Of a DNA stretch of 64,000 bases, positions 9,092 to 19,290 are shown in pieces. The notes under the pieces were generated by a model. The model searched no databases. It saw nothing but the letters and a program-made list of their open reading frames with translations, and had not been told where the DNA came from. The DNA comes from a bacterium (lineage in GTDB: Bacteria; Hinthialibacterota; Hinthialibacteria; Hinthialibacterales; Hinthialibacteraceae), in NCBI GenBank assembly GCA_963663405.2, contig CAXXSM010000132.1:192001-256000 (forward strand), in the 5' to 3' direction. Within the stretch, counting starts at the first letter, position 1. Every line of letters begins with the position of its first letter. A program made the translations under genes and the position numbers.

Positions 9092-10744
9092 ATGAAAAAC
9101 ACTTTGAAACACGCGTTGTACATTTTTTGTATTCTCTCAATTTGCATTTCCACCGGACTTGCTCAAAAAGCCGATACGTTTGATCCCCAAAAAGCTGAAA
9201 ATATTTATGCCTTTAAGGTGAAAGATATCAATGGAAAGGAATTCAGCCTCAAAAAATATGAGGAGAAAGCCGTTCTGATCGTGAATACGGCATCCAAATG
9301 CGGATTTACACCCCAATATGAAGATTTAGTCAAGATTTACAAACAATACAAGGATCAAGGATTCCTCGTTTTGGGCGTTCCCGCGAATGAATTCGGGATG
9401 CAGGAACCTGGATCGAATGATGAGATCTTGGAATTCTGTCAACTTACCTATAACGTCGAATTTCCCATGCTGGAGAAAACCGTTGTCAAAGGAGATAACA
9501 TAGCGCCTCTCTTCCAATACTTGACCACAGCGGAAAATCCAGATTTCACGGGGGAGATCAAATGGAATTTTGAAAAATTTCTCATTGACCGCGAGGGGAA
9601 ATTGATCCGCCGTTTTCGAAGCCGTGTCAAACCCACCGATGAAGTCATTACGGGAGCGATCGAAAAAGTAATAAAACAGAAATCGACCAAAGCGATGTGT
9701 TTCCCCGGCGCCGCATGGAAAGAAGCCGTTCCCGAATCACAGGGCGTCGATTCGAAGAAACTGGCGGAAGCCGTTGAATATCTCAAAAATCATGCTCCCT
9801 CTGATGGAATTAAGGAACTGGTCATCATTCGAAACGGTGTTCTAATCTGGAAAGGTTCAAACATTGATAAGGTTCATGGTGTCTGGTCACTCACGAAATC
9901 GTTTACCAGCACGGTTTTGGGACTATTGATCGATGATGGAAAAGCTACGCTGGATACAAAGGCGAAAGAATACATCCCCGCAATGGCGGAGCATTATGGT
10001 GATGTGACGCTTCGACACTTCACGACAATGACATCGGGATATCGCGCGATCGGAGATGAACCGCAGGGCAGCTATCTGCATGGGCCTAGCAAGACGCCGT
10101 TTATTCCGAATCCAAAGCCTCTGTTTTCCCCGCCCGGTTCGAAATTCGCTTATTGGGATTCCGCCATGAACCAGTTCGGTAATGTTCTCACACGCATTGC
10201 GGAGGAATCGATGGAAGACTATTTCAAACGCAAAATCGCCGATCCAATCGGAATGAATTGGGATCAATGGGACTGGGGAGATTTTGGTGAAGTGGACGGC
10301 TTGGTGGTAAATGGCGGTTCGGGCAACAATGGCAATCATATTTTAACCAACGCGCGGGAGCTGGCCCGGTTTGGTCATCTCTTTTTGAATCGTGGGTGTT
10401 GGGACGGGAAACAATTAATCAGCGCGGAATGGGTCGATCAAGTTCATAAAGTCCACGTTCCCATGACACTTCCCTACGGACATCCCGAAAGTGGTATCGA
10501 CGGACCTGGTATGTATGGATTCAATTGGTGGGTGAATGGTGTAAAAAAGGATGGGGAACGGAAATGGCCGGGTGTTCCGGTTTCCACATATGCGGCCAGC
10601 GGCTACAACAACAATGATCTTTTTGTTCTCCCTGATTGGAAGATGGTGGTGGTCCGTCTTGGATTGGATCAAGGTGAATTCCGGATCACCGATGATATTC
10701 ATGCCAATTTTCTGAAAAAAATCGGTGAATCAATTATTGAATAA
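9092..10744 (+). CDS. signal peptide + Cys glutathione peroxidase domain + beta-lactamase-family serine hydrolase fusion
   Basis: VNTASKCGFTPQY, PANEFG.QEPG, IKWNFEKFL, then FPG..W...PESQG, WSLTKS (SxxK), PGSKFAY, ARELARFGHLFL. Confidence 0.85.
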   Translation: MKNTLKHALYIFCILSICISTGLAQKADTFDPQKAENIYAFKVKDINGKEFSLKKYEEKAVLIVNTASKCGFTPQYEDLVKIYKQYKDQGFLVLGVPANEFGMQEPGSNDEILEFCQLTYNVEFPMLEKTVVKGDNIAPLFQYLTTAENPDFTGEIKWNFEKFLIDREGKLIRRFRSRVKPTDEVITGAIEKVIKQKSTKAMCFPGAAWKEAVPESQGVDSKKLAEAVEYLKNHAPSDGIKELVIIRNGVLIWKGSNIDKVHGVWSLTKSFTSTVLGLLIDDGKATLDTKAKEYIPAMAEHYGDVTLRHFTTMTSGYRAIGDEPQGSYLHGPSKTPFIPNPKPLFSPPGSKFAYWDSAMNQFGNVLTRIAEESMEDYFKRKIADPIGMNWDQWDWGDFGEVDGLVVNGGSGNNGNHILTNARELARFGHLFLNRGCWDGKQLISAEWVDQVHKVHVPMTLPYGHPESGIDGPGMYGFNWWVNGVKKDGERKWPGVPVSTYAASGYNNNDLFVLPDWKMVVVRLGLDQGEFRITDDIHANFLKKIGESIIE

Positions 10745-10788
10745 ACCATCATGATTGAGACTACAACGTGCAAGTGTGAATGAATTAC

Positions 10789-10822
10789 GTAGCGGTGGGG
10801 CAAAAGACGCGACTCACCCTAC
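10789..10822. repeat. GTAG-type REP-like imperfect palindrome between convergent genes
   Basis: GTAGCGGTGGGGC-aaaagacgc-GACTCACCCTAC. Confidence 0.45.
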
Positions 10823-10855
10823 AGTGTATGGAATGCGAGTGTCATATCCGCAAAT

Positions 10856-11311
10856 CTATTTCAACAAACGGAGAATCGATTGTAATTCATCTTTGATGGA
10901 TTTCAGATCAACTTCTTTTGGAGGATTCGCTTCTTCAATCGGCGCCGGGGGAAGTTCTTGACGCGGATGTTCTTCCTCTTTTGCTAGCGTTTCTTTTTTC
11001 TTCGCTTTCCGCTCTTGTTTGAGGTTTTGTACGCCTTTGCGCAGTTTGCGTTCCGCCCCGTCGAGGGTATATCCTTCATTGTAGAGGAGATTTACGATCT
11101 CGTAGAGGAGTTCTAAATCGCTGCGCGTATATTTCCGTTGATTGCCACCTACTCGCTTTGGATTAAGTTTGCTAAACTTGGTTTCCCAATAGCGAAGCAC
11201 ATGGGGCTCCACTCCCGTATAGCCGCTCGCTTCGCTAATCGAGTAGAATATCTTCTTTGGGATCTCACCCAGAGATTTGGTCTGGGGTTTATTACGATTA
11301 TTCATAGCCAT
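10856..11311 (-). CDS. MerR family transcriptional regulator
   Basis: YSISEASGYTGVEPHVLRYWE...RKYT...LLYNEGYTLDGA; start uncertain. Confidence 0.9.
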   Translation of the reverse strand: MAMNNRNKPQTKSLGEIPKKIFYSISEASGYTGVEPHVLRYWETKFSKLNPKRVGGNQRKYTRSDLELLYEIVNLLYNEGYTLDGAERKLRKGVQNLKQERKAKKKETLAKEEEHPRQELPPAPIEEANPPKEVDLKSIKDELQSILRLLK

Positions 11312-11403
11312 AACATAATGAATAATAAAATGATATACCATAAAAGGTCAAGTACTTTCCTAAGTATAATTGAAAAATTGAATCAGTAAGGCGCCAATTT
11401 AAG

Positions 11404-12870
11404 ATGCAGATTAAACAATTTATCAAATTGAAGGACGATCTGATTGAGATCGCTGATTGTCTTTTATCGCTTGCGGAAGCGGGGGAAAACAGCGTATATC
11501 GTTATTCTCAAGTCGTTTACGACTCGATCTATCTAGACCGGGGGCGGAAGAATGTGAACCGCTATGGGCTTACATCGACGTATAATGTGGAAGATATCGA
11601 CGCGCAGGTTTTTTCGAGCGTTCGTGGTGAAGAATTGTTTCCCAGTAATCTATTACAATTTGAGAAATGGCGGGAACGGTCCGAGACGCCCTATATTTTC
11701 ACATACAAAGGAATCTCTCTCCCCACTCATCAAGACGTGCGCTTTGATCCTCTTCCCACTAATTTTGAACGATGGGATGACGAACTTCTCGCCTTCACTG
11801 ACCAGTTTAAAAATGTCCGCATTACGCGGGATTTCGGGGTGGAACAACGGGTCATTGTCAATTCAAGCGGTGGCGTCACGATTGAATCCCGCCCGTTTTT
11901 TGGCTTGTATTACCGCCAGGGATACGAACCGTATCTGGTGACCCGCAGTATTGGGGCGTATGTGAAATCCAACGAGGATATCAACCGGATTCCCCGGTTG
12001 ATCCGATACCTGCCCGATCCGACACCGGATCGTTCCATCAATAGCGCTTCGTCTTTCACGGAAGCGTTCGAGAACCTTCATGCGATTTCCGCTGAAGTGG
12101 AATTCGAAACATTGGAAGACGCGGGGCTTTCGGACACGCTCACGCATGATGTAATTATGCTCAGCGGCGTGCCGATCCATGAGATCTTCGGTCATCAATT
12201 CGAAGAGCCGGTTTACCCGCTTTCGGTAGGGCAGCAGTCACTCTTCCCGATTGGAAAAAACGTGCAGAATCCAAATTTAGCGCTGCGCGACAATCCTCTT
12301 CAGACGATTGAAGGACTGGATGTGATGGGATCGTACCAATTTGATAGCTACGGCCGTCAAGCCCGGGAGAAAGTTCTCATTGATCGATCCAAGGTTCACG
12401 AACATCTCGGCAGTGAGTATGTGGATGTCAAAAACTTGAAAACCTTCATCGGAATTGACCGAAGCGAGTTTATTGGAAACGCCCGGCAAGGGTATGAGGG
12501 ATCGTTTCCCCAATCGAGAATGTCCTGCACGATTTTGGAAGGCCGGGAGGAGGAAAACGTTTCTTATACGGGAAAAGTGATCATGATTCCATTTCATGGG
12601 TACGTTCTTGATGGGAATTTTTTCAAAGTTATGTCGTCCGAATGTTATTACATCGATCCTGACGGCATACCCAGGCGGCTTGGATCACTCGAAGGAAGCC
12701 GGGCCATCTACGATGCGATCATTGGCATGCACATTCTGCCCGGGAAATCACATCACATTGGATCCTGCAGCAAACCGAACGTCTTGGATGATGGAACCGA
12801 TACAGAAGTGATGGTCTCGTTTTACACCAATCATCAACTCTGGGAGCATCTTACGATCCGGTCGGTCTGA
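11404..12870 (+). CDS. divergent TldD/PmbA-family metalloprotease
   Basis: IHEIFGHQFE (HExxGH), GSYQFDSYG, GNAR...PQSRMS, GSCSK. Confidence 0.7.
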   Translation: MQIKQFIKLKDDLIEIADCLLSLAEAGENSVYRYSQVVYDSIYLDRGRKNVNRYGLTSTYNVEDIDAQVFSSVRGEELFPSNLLQFEKWRERSETPYIFTYKGISLPTHQDVRFDPLPTNFERWDDELLAFTDQFKNVRITRDFGVEQRVIVNSSGGVTIESRPFFGLYYRQGYEPYLVTRSIGAYVKSNEDINRIPRLIRYLPDPTPDRSINSASSFTEAFENLHAISAEVEFETLEDAGLSDTLTHDVIMLSGVPIHEIFGHQFEEPVYPLSVGQQSLFPIGKNVQNPNLALRDNPLQTIEGLDVMGSYQFDSYGRQAREKVLIDRSKVHEHLGSEYVDVKNLKTFIGIDRSEFIGNARQGYEGSFPQSRMSCTILEGREEENVSYTGKVIMIPFHGYVLDGNFFKVMSSECYYIDPDGIPRRLGSLEGSRAIYDAIIGMHILPGKSHHIGSCSKPNVLDDGTDTEVMVSFYTNHQLWEHLTIRSV

Positions 12871-12894
12871 GTGAATAAAAAAAGGAGAAATGGT

Positions 12895-14805
12895 ATGCGA
12901 AAAACAATCTTGGTACTATTCACACTAATCATCTACACAGGAATTCCAGTTCACGCGGCGGAAACGCAGGAAGCGCGGATGACGCCTTGGGTGGAGGAAG
13001 ATGTTCTTACCGTGTTGAAAAAATGTGACGAATTCGCCCCTTACCCTCGCTATCAAGCGCGTAGTGAATGGGAGAAGTTTAAACAAAACGCGCGATTTGC
13101 TGTAAGTTTGAGCAGCGCCGCTGACCGTGCTCGTGAGTTGATGAAGAGGCCCCGGCCCGCGTTACCTGCATCCCTTTATCTCGACTTCCAGCGCACCGGA
13201 CGCCGAACTCCTTTTGAAAGAATTCTTTCTCGAAGAAGCGTGTATCTTCACTCATTCGCGCTTGCGGAATGTGTCGAGGGCAAAGGAGAATTTCTCGATC
13301 CTATTTTTGATGAAGTGTGGGCGTATTGTGAAGAGAGTGATTGGTGTCTACCCGCTCATACGGATGGTTTGGTTGATATGGAGAATCCATACATCGATCT
13401 GCGGGCGTCCGCTGTGGCGGTGGAACTCGCATTGATTGATTATGTTTATGGGGACGCGCTTCTTCCCAGCATTAGGAAGCGGATTCGATACGAATTGGAA
13501 CGGCGTATTTTTGTGCCCTACCTTGCGCGGGACGATTTCTTCTGGCTTCACAGGACACACAATTGGAACGCGGTCTGCAATGGGAACATTCTCCGGGCGG
13601 CGCTTTTTATCATCGACGATCCCAACCGTCTTGCGAAGATTGTGACCAAAGCGCAGAACGCGATGTGTAACTACCTGATAGGATTTGGTAGTGATGGCGG
13701 AACGGCTGAGGGATTGGGTTATTGGAATTATGGATTTAGTAATTATGTCAACGCGGCGTATTTGTTAAATCAATATACAAACAAACGCCTCAATCTTTTT
13801 GAACCGCCGATCGTGAAAGAGATCGCATTGTTCCCACCCCGTGTGGAACTCTCACCGGATAAATATCCCAGTTTCTCGGATGGAGGGGAGAATCATCGGT
13901 TTTCCCCGGCTCTTCTTTGTACATTGGCCGATTCACTTGATCTTCCTGAATTACGAGCGTTCGCTTCCAATCAAATGGATCGAATCGGACAAGAGAGCAG
14001 CCTTGCAGGCTTATTCCATTCCACCCGTTTCCCCCTGCCGGAGAGACAGATGCCATGCCCGAAAAAAGCGTTCGACTATCTGAGTGGCGTGCAGTGGATG
14101 ATCTCCCGCAACGATCCTAACAATCCTTACGGCCTTGTCATCGCCGCAAAAGGCGGGAGCAACGATGAACCCCATAACCATAATGATGTGGGGAATTTTA
14201 TCGTTCATTTCCAAGGTGAGTCTCTTATCGTGGATTTAGGCGCCCCGGTTTACGACCGCGGTTTCTTTAGCGGGAAACGGTACAGCTATCTCGCCGCTCG
14301 ATCTCTCGGTCATTCCGTTCCCCTTATCAATGGCCTGGAACAACGGCCGGGGGGTGAAGCGCGCGCCGTGGCAAAAGCCAATCACACAGAATCCTGCGAT
14401 ACACTGCGTTCCGATATTACCACCGCGTATCCTCCTGAAGCGGGACTTACCCGTTTGGAACGCGTTGTTCAACTTTATCGGGATGGAAAGGACGGCTGGG
14501 TGGAATTAATCGATGAAACCGAATTCAAAGAGAAGCCATCGAGTTACGAAACGGCTCTGATGACGTACGGAGACGTGTCTCTCAAAGGAGATAATCAAGT
14601 TTATATTAAAGGGAATAAAGGCGCTCTACTCGTAACGTACGATCCTGAACGTTTTCAAGTGGACATTCAAGAGTTTGACACCAAAGAAGCGAAACTGCGC
14701 ACAGCGTCAATGTATCCCACGGCGCGGAGAATCGCGTTTCAGGCGAAATCACTTGATCAACGCATCAACATTCATTTAGAAATCCGGCCGCGGAATATCG
14801 AGTAA
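12895..14805 (+). CDS. heparinase II/III family polysaccharide lyase, secreted
   Basis: signal peptide; WCLPAH, HNWNAVC, EGLGYWNYG, HNHNDVGNF, GHSVPLING. Confidence 0.85.
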   Translation: MRKTILVLFTLIIYTGIPVHAAETQEARMTPWVEEDVLTVLKKCDEFAPYPRYQARSEWEKFKQNARFAVSLSSAADRARELMKRPRPALPASLYLDFQRTGRRTPFERILSRRSVYLHSFALAECVEGKGEFLDPIFDEVWAYCEESDWCLPAHTDGLVDMENPYIDLRASAVAVELALIDYVYGDALLPSIRKRIRYELERRIFVPYLARDDFFWLHRTHNWNAVCNGNILRAALFIIDDPNRLAKIVTKAQNAMCNYLIGFGSDGGTAEGLGYWNYGFSNYVNAAYLLNQYTNKRLNLFEPPIVKEIALFPPRVELSPDKYPSFSDGGENHRFSPALLCTLADSLDLPELRAFASNQMDRIGQESSLAGLFHSTRFPLPERQMPCPKKAFDYLSGVQWMISRNDPNNPYGLVIAAKGGSNDEPHNHNDVGNFIVHFQGESLIVDLGAPVYDRGFFSGKRYSYLAARSLGHSVPLINGLEQRPGGEARAVAKANHTESCDTLRSDITTAYPPEAGLTRLERVVQLYRDGKDGWVELIDETEFKEKPSSYETALMTYGDVSLKGDNQVYIKGNKGALLVTYDPERFQVDIQEFDTKEAKLRTASMYPTARRIAFQAKSLDQRINIHLEIRPRNIE

Positions 14806-14843
14806 ATAGTGATTTTTCATTAATTAATTGATCTGGCTCTCTT

Positions 14844-14992
14844 TTGTCTGAATCAGGATAACCAGGATGAAAGGATGAACTGGATTATTTAAGTCATAGT
14901 TGATTGATCTAAATCAACCTTCAAAGTTTCATTCCTCAATGAGGATTTCCATCCTGTAAATCCTTTTATCTTGTATATCCAGATTCAGACAA
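14844..14992. mobile_element. 149-bp MITE-like element with ~42-bp imperfect terminal inverted repeats
   Basis: TTGTCTGAATCAGGATAACCAGGATGAAAGGATGAACTGGAT (14844-14885) vs reverse complement of 14951-14992, TTGTCTGAATCTGGATATACAAGATAAAAGGATTTACAGGAT. Confidence 0.65.
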
Positions 14993-15970
14993 TTCATTCA
15001 TAAAATCACATACAAGACACCCCACTAACACATGCAAAGGGATAGCGAATTGGCCGAATAGGTCCCAATCATTGTATCCCCAGTCAGGATGCCAGATCGT
15101 TGTCCAAGCGACTCCGCATAGCGTTGATATGAATAGAAATTGCAGGTATGGGGTATTGATCCGTTTGCGCAGCAGGAAAAGAACGGGCCATTCCAACGCG
15201 AGGAAAAGAAACGACGATCGCCAATGGAAGTAGAGCAGCATCTTTAAGTGATCCCATGAGAAGAACGTGAAATAATGGTTTGGAAATGTTTTACGAAAAA
15301 GGGGAACGAGACGCTCTAAACCGTTATCTGTCCCTAAAAGAGGGAAACTTTCGTATGCTAACGCAAGGAAATTAAGTGTTAACAAGGTTATTGTAAACAC
15401 GATCAGAGGAACCAACGTCTCCAATGGATTGAACCGCCTGTTTTTCCAAAGCGCGTACACCATCGCCGGAGTGTAAAACACAGCCAACATATGAGAAAAA
15501 CAGGCGAGAACGAAAAAGACTGCACCTGGCCACAGTGGTTTCTCTTCTTCGAACCATTTTCGCATGTACAAAAAGCAAAGAATGAAGAACATATTGACCC
15601 AAGCGTAGTTCTCCACATGCCCCACGAATACGAGAAAGCAGCCGGAGAAGATATTGATGGCCAGAAAAAGGGGATCATGGCGGATCGCGTACAGCGCCTG
15701 AATCGCGATGGCGCCCGCCAGCGCGCTGCTGAACGCGATCGCGTTCCAGGCGTCGAAACCGAGTGGCGCCAGTATTGTATATACGATATTGTGTAGGACC
15801 ACCGTGAGCAGTGATCGGTAGAATAAATTCCATGAACCGGATTCAACTAAACCGGCCATATAGTAACCATCGGCCCCCATGGGAACCATCGACCGCATTG
15901 AATAAAGCAGAAACGCGAGCGATAGCGTCAGAGCGATGCGAAATAGGTATACTTGAATTCTTGCGTTCAT
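14966..15970 (-). CDS. polytopic membrane protein, possibly GT-C-like
   Basis: about 9-10 hydrophobic segments; polar loop motifs GHVENY and HPDWG..DWDLF. Confidence 0.6.
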   Translation of the reverse strand: MNARIQVYLFRIALTLSLAFLLYSMRSMVPMGADGYYMAGLVESGSWNLFYRSLLTVVLHNIVYTILAPLGFDAWNAIAFSSALAGAIAIQALYAIRHDPLFLAINIFSGCFLVFVGHVENYAWVNMFFILCFLYMRKWFEEEKPLWPGAVFFVLACFSHMLAVFYTPAMVYALWKNRRFNPLETLVPLIVFTITLLTLNFLALAYESFPLLGTDNGLERLVPLFRKTFPNHYFTFFSWDHLKMLLYFHWRSSFLFLALEWPVLFLLRKRINTPYLQFLFISTLCGVAWTTIWHPDWGYNDWDLFGQFAIPLHVLVGCLVCDFMNELSESGYTR

Positions 15971-16020
15971 TTTTTTAAAAATTAGGGCTTAAAGGTTGCT
16001 ATTCCAATAGCAGTAAAATG

Positions 16021-16057
16021 AAAAAAAGTGAAGAACCAGCGGCTCTTCACTTTTTTT
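16021..16057. terminator. intrinsic terminator of the ABC operon
   Basis: AAAAAAAGTGAAGA-N9-TCTTCACTTTTTTT. Confidence 0.8.
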
Positions 16058-16083
16058 ACGTTTTAAATTGTGTGAGGGAAAAA

Positions 16084-17520
16084 CTAGTTTGACTTAGAAT
16101 TATTTCCCCCAGTTTGTTCCCCGGCGCTGTCCCCGGTTTCTTCACTTGGCGCAGTTTCGGGTGGATTTTCGAGTTTCATCTCTTTGACTTTATTAAGAAA
16201 ATTTTGAATATCCCCGTTCTTGACCGCCAGGATTTCAAGTGGTTCCGGCCGGGCGCTGTAATAATAATGCGTCACATCCGTCGCGCTGAGCGGCTTTCCC
16301 AGAGCGATGGTTTCTACGCCTTTTTCGCCGGTCAGTTCAACAATCAGGCTGGGATCGCCAAGGCCGTATTCTTCTGTCGCTCCTTGAACAAATTCCGCCG
16401 CTTCCAGATCGGTGATCGCGCGCGCCACGCTGGAAACCGATGAGTAATCGGCTTCACCGTTCTGTGGCTGTAACAAGGTCCATTCACCCAGACTCTTGCT
16501 GGCTTCCGCGATCACGTCTCCTGCGGAGATGATTTTAAACCGGTTGATTTCCCACGTCTTGAATTCACTGAGTTTCTTCATCCGCATTTCAGAGATATCA
16601 TTCGGAATTTTGTCTAAATCTTTGGGATCGACGCTGAACACGTTTTCCTGGCTTTCGCGTTTGGCGTACAGGTGTTCACGGTCGTTTGTGGCGCCGAGTA
16701 GAAGCGCCTGCGCGGCCCAGCTGGATTCCTGGCTCGAATCCCCGCTCCAGAAAACGACTTTCGTCGCGGGTTGAGTCAGCCCATACGGTTCGTAATCATC
16801 AGCCGTCTCGGTGATAAACTGTTTGATCCGGCTATTCTTTACTTTATTAATTAGATCCTGCACTTTTGTGGAATCAACGCGCGCGGGCATCGGTTCGGTG
16901 AGAATCCATTGATCCGCATTCCGCCGTTGCAGGACCGAGTGGCTGTCATCCGCCGTGATTTCGATCTTTTGCACTTTGTCCATCTCTAACGCGAGAATGG
17001 TTTTATCGCGGAAATCGAACAATTTTTTATCCACGGAAGACTTCATGCCACTAAGGATGGTTACAACCTCGCTGGTTCCTTCGATCGCTCCATAGTACTT
17101 GCCGGAGATCGGAGATTCGGCGCCGATCAGCATAGTTGTGGACGTCGCGCCATCCACACCGGCCAATGTGACTTTAAATCCTGGATCGTCCAGACCGAAG
17201 GGACTGAGATCTTTAGGATCTTCTGCGATGACTCGCTGTTTTTTCCCATCGGCGAAGTTCCGGACAACGCTGTCCCAGTTGGACTTATCGCCGCTCGTTT
17301 CCAATGGAGTGACGATCTTCCATGAATCGCCGTCTTTAACGGCTTTAAATATCTCACTTTTTTTCTCGATGGTGACTTCTTTAACTTCGTCCTGCGTGAT
17401 GGAAAAGAGTTCTTTTTCTTTCGCCTCACGCTCTTCTTTCTTTTCTGTGCTGGATTTGTCCCAGAAATAGATCGCGGCGACAATTGCACAGATGGCTAAT
17501 AAAATCAAATTCCGTTTCAT
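16084..17520 (-). CDS. DUF4340 domain protein (three repeats)
   Basis: N-terminal anchor; repeated W.I..P...D, YGL..P, LIG units; last gene of a Gld-like operon. Confidence 0.8.
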   Translation of the reverse strand: MKRNLILLAICAIVAAIYFWDKSSTEKKEEREAKEKELFSITQDEVKEVTIEKKSEIFKAVKDGDSWKIVTPLETSGDKSNWDSVVRNFADGKKQRVIAEDPKDLSPFGLDDPGFKVTLAGVDGATSTTMLIGAESPISGKYYGAIEGTSEVVTILSGMKSSVDKKLFDFRDKTILALEMDKVQKIEITADDSHSVLQRRNADQWILTEPMPARVDSTKVQDLINKVKNSRIKQFITETADDYEPYGLTQPATKVVFWSGDSSQESSWAAQALLLGATNDREHLYAKRESQENVFSVDPKDLDKIPNDISEMRMKKLSEFKTWEINRFKIISAGDVIAEASKSLGEWTLLQPQNGEADYSSVSSVARAITDLEAAEFVQGATEEYGLGDPSLIVELTGEKGVETIALGKPLSATDVTHYYYSARPEPLEILAVKNGDIQNFLNKVKEMKLENPPETAPSEETGDSAGEQTGGNNSKSN

Positions 17521-17628
17521 GATTCGGCCTCATCAATCAAAAGGAGTGAATCTCAGGTTATTAAATCGGGACGCATTACGGTTTGTGGGAACACGGATGC
17601 GCGCGATCGCATTAATCGGTCAATCGAG

Positions 17629-19278
17629 TCAACCGCGCAGGCGTTTCATCGTCCAAACCACTACACCGAAGATCGCCACGAGTAATGGCAGAAGAATTAA
17701 TGATGTGATGAACAGCATCCGCGCTTGGAATTGAGTGACCATCACAGGCCGACCCGAATCGTCTTTGGGGCGAATCGAGATTAAATCTTCCTGCTGCGCC
17801 AACCAGTTAATTGAATTGAGAAAGAGATTCAGACTGCTTCGATAATTCCGATTCGCAGCGAAGTCCGAGTCTCCGTACAGAACGATTCGCGTCTCCGGTT
17901 GTTGTTCCAATTCTTCTACATTCTCGTCTTGGACTTCTTCTTTCGCCGCTTCATCCGTCGCGTCTGAAATGCGTTTTTCCGCCGGTTTGCTTAAGGCCAC
18001 CGCGATGGGAACCGGGCCCTTCATATCTTCGCCATCATCATATCCGGCCTGACCCGATGTTTTTAACGCTTCGATATCCCGTTCGGCCCAGCTCTGGGCG
18101 CCGGTTTTGATGATTTCCGTTCCAGTGACACCTTCTGGGAGATCGTCTTTCAAGTCAACGCTTTGCACCATTTCAAACATAATTCCCGGTGTCATGTTCC
18201 CAAACGGTTCGACGATGGCGTGCGTTCCCAATTCGCCGATCATCGGCGCGATTGGGCTGCCGCCGAAAACACGCATCAGTGGATTATTTTCCACAACGTA
18301 ATCATTACCGAAATGAACGCCGAAGTTTTCTTCAAAGAACTGCTCTAAACCAGTATCGGTTTGAGGATCCAGCATGGCGATCAGCTTGCCGCCGTAGGTC
18401 AAATAGTCGTTCAGGGTTTGAATTTCGGTTTCAAAGAACGGGGTTTTCGGCCCTGCGATGATGACCGCGACGGCGTCTTCGGGAACGTGTTCTACCGTAG
18501 CCAGCTGAAGGTCTTTACACTGATAGCCTTCCTCTTCCATCATCTGCTTCATGAAATTCATTCCATCGACTTCCCGGTCTTCGGTGGATCGTTCTTCATG
18601 GCCGGTTGTGAAGTAAACGACGCGGGATTCGCCCTTCAACAGTTTCATCAAGGCGTTGGTGAGATTGTTCTCGTCTACAGGGGAGACCTTCTCATGCGGG
18701 ACTTCTTGTTCTTGGGAAGGATCGACGCGGCCGGTCGTGTCTCCCTTCATGACATATAATGCCCCATAACTCACCGGCGCGAGAGCCTGCACCTTGAGTG
18801 GTTCTTTCTCCGGATCGATCACTTCGTATTTGACTTGAGAAGAATAATGTTGATAGAGATCCAGTAGATCTTTCACACGGATCGTGCTTTGTGGATCCAT
18901 TGGATTCTCCAGGTACAGCATCGTGACCGGTTCTTTTATTCCCTTTAATAGTTGGGTGGTTTGGGTCGCCAGTGTGAATTTTTTCGATTCCGTCAGATCG
19001 ATTCGCATGCTGTTCCGGGTTAAGAACATCTCCAGGAAGACAACAATCGCGAGGAAGATAATGATGGAAATAGCCGAATTTACATCCTCTAATGAAGAAC
19101 GGCCCGTAAAGAGTGAATTGAGATAAAGACCCATTATGACAATACCCGCAAGCAGAGTCAGAATCGATATGGGTGTCAAAATCTCATACGTGGATTGTAA
19201 GGCGACGATCAATGTCACCGTCCCAGCGGCAAGAAGGATAAGAGCCAATATAAGTGTAGGTGTATTTTTTGATTGCAT
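17629..19278 (-). CDS. GldG-family ABC transporter auxiliary component
   Basis: IDLTESKKFTL, VYFTTGHEE, IIAGPK, LYGDSDF, NSINWL, C-terminal TM. Confidence 0.85.
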   Translation of the reverse strand: MQSKNTPTLILALILLAAGTVTLIVALQSTYEILTPISILTLLAGIVIMGLYLNSLFTGRSSLEDVNSAISIIIFLAIVVFLEMFLTRNSMRIDLTESKKFTLATQTTQLLKGIKEPVTMLYLENPMDPQSTIRVKDLLDLYQHYSSQVKYEVIDPEKEPLKVQALAPVSYGALYVMKGDTTGRVDPSQEQEVPHEKVSPVDENNLTNALMKLLKGESRVVYFTTGHEERSTEDREVDGMNFMKQMMEEEGYQCKDLQLATVEHVPEDAVAVIIAGPKTPFFETEIQTLNDYLTYGGKLIAMLDPQTDTGLEQFFEENFGVHFGNDYVVENNPLMRVFGGSPIAPMIGELGTHAIVEPFGNMTPGIMFEMVQSVDLKDDLPEGVTGTEIIKTGAQSWAERDIEALKTSGQAGYDDGEDMKGPVPIAVALSKPAEKRISDATDEAAKEEVQDENVEELEQQPETRIVLYGDSDFAANRNYRSSLNLFLNSINWLAQQEDLISIRPKDDSGRPVMVTQFQARMLFITSLILLPLLVAIFGVVVWTMKRLRG

Positions 19279-19290
19279 GGTTTCCCCTCT

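Noticed and set aside
9290-9310. possible selenocysteine in the GPx domain
   Set aside because: The catalytic codon is TGC (Cys), not TGA.
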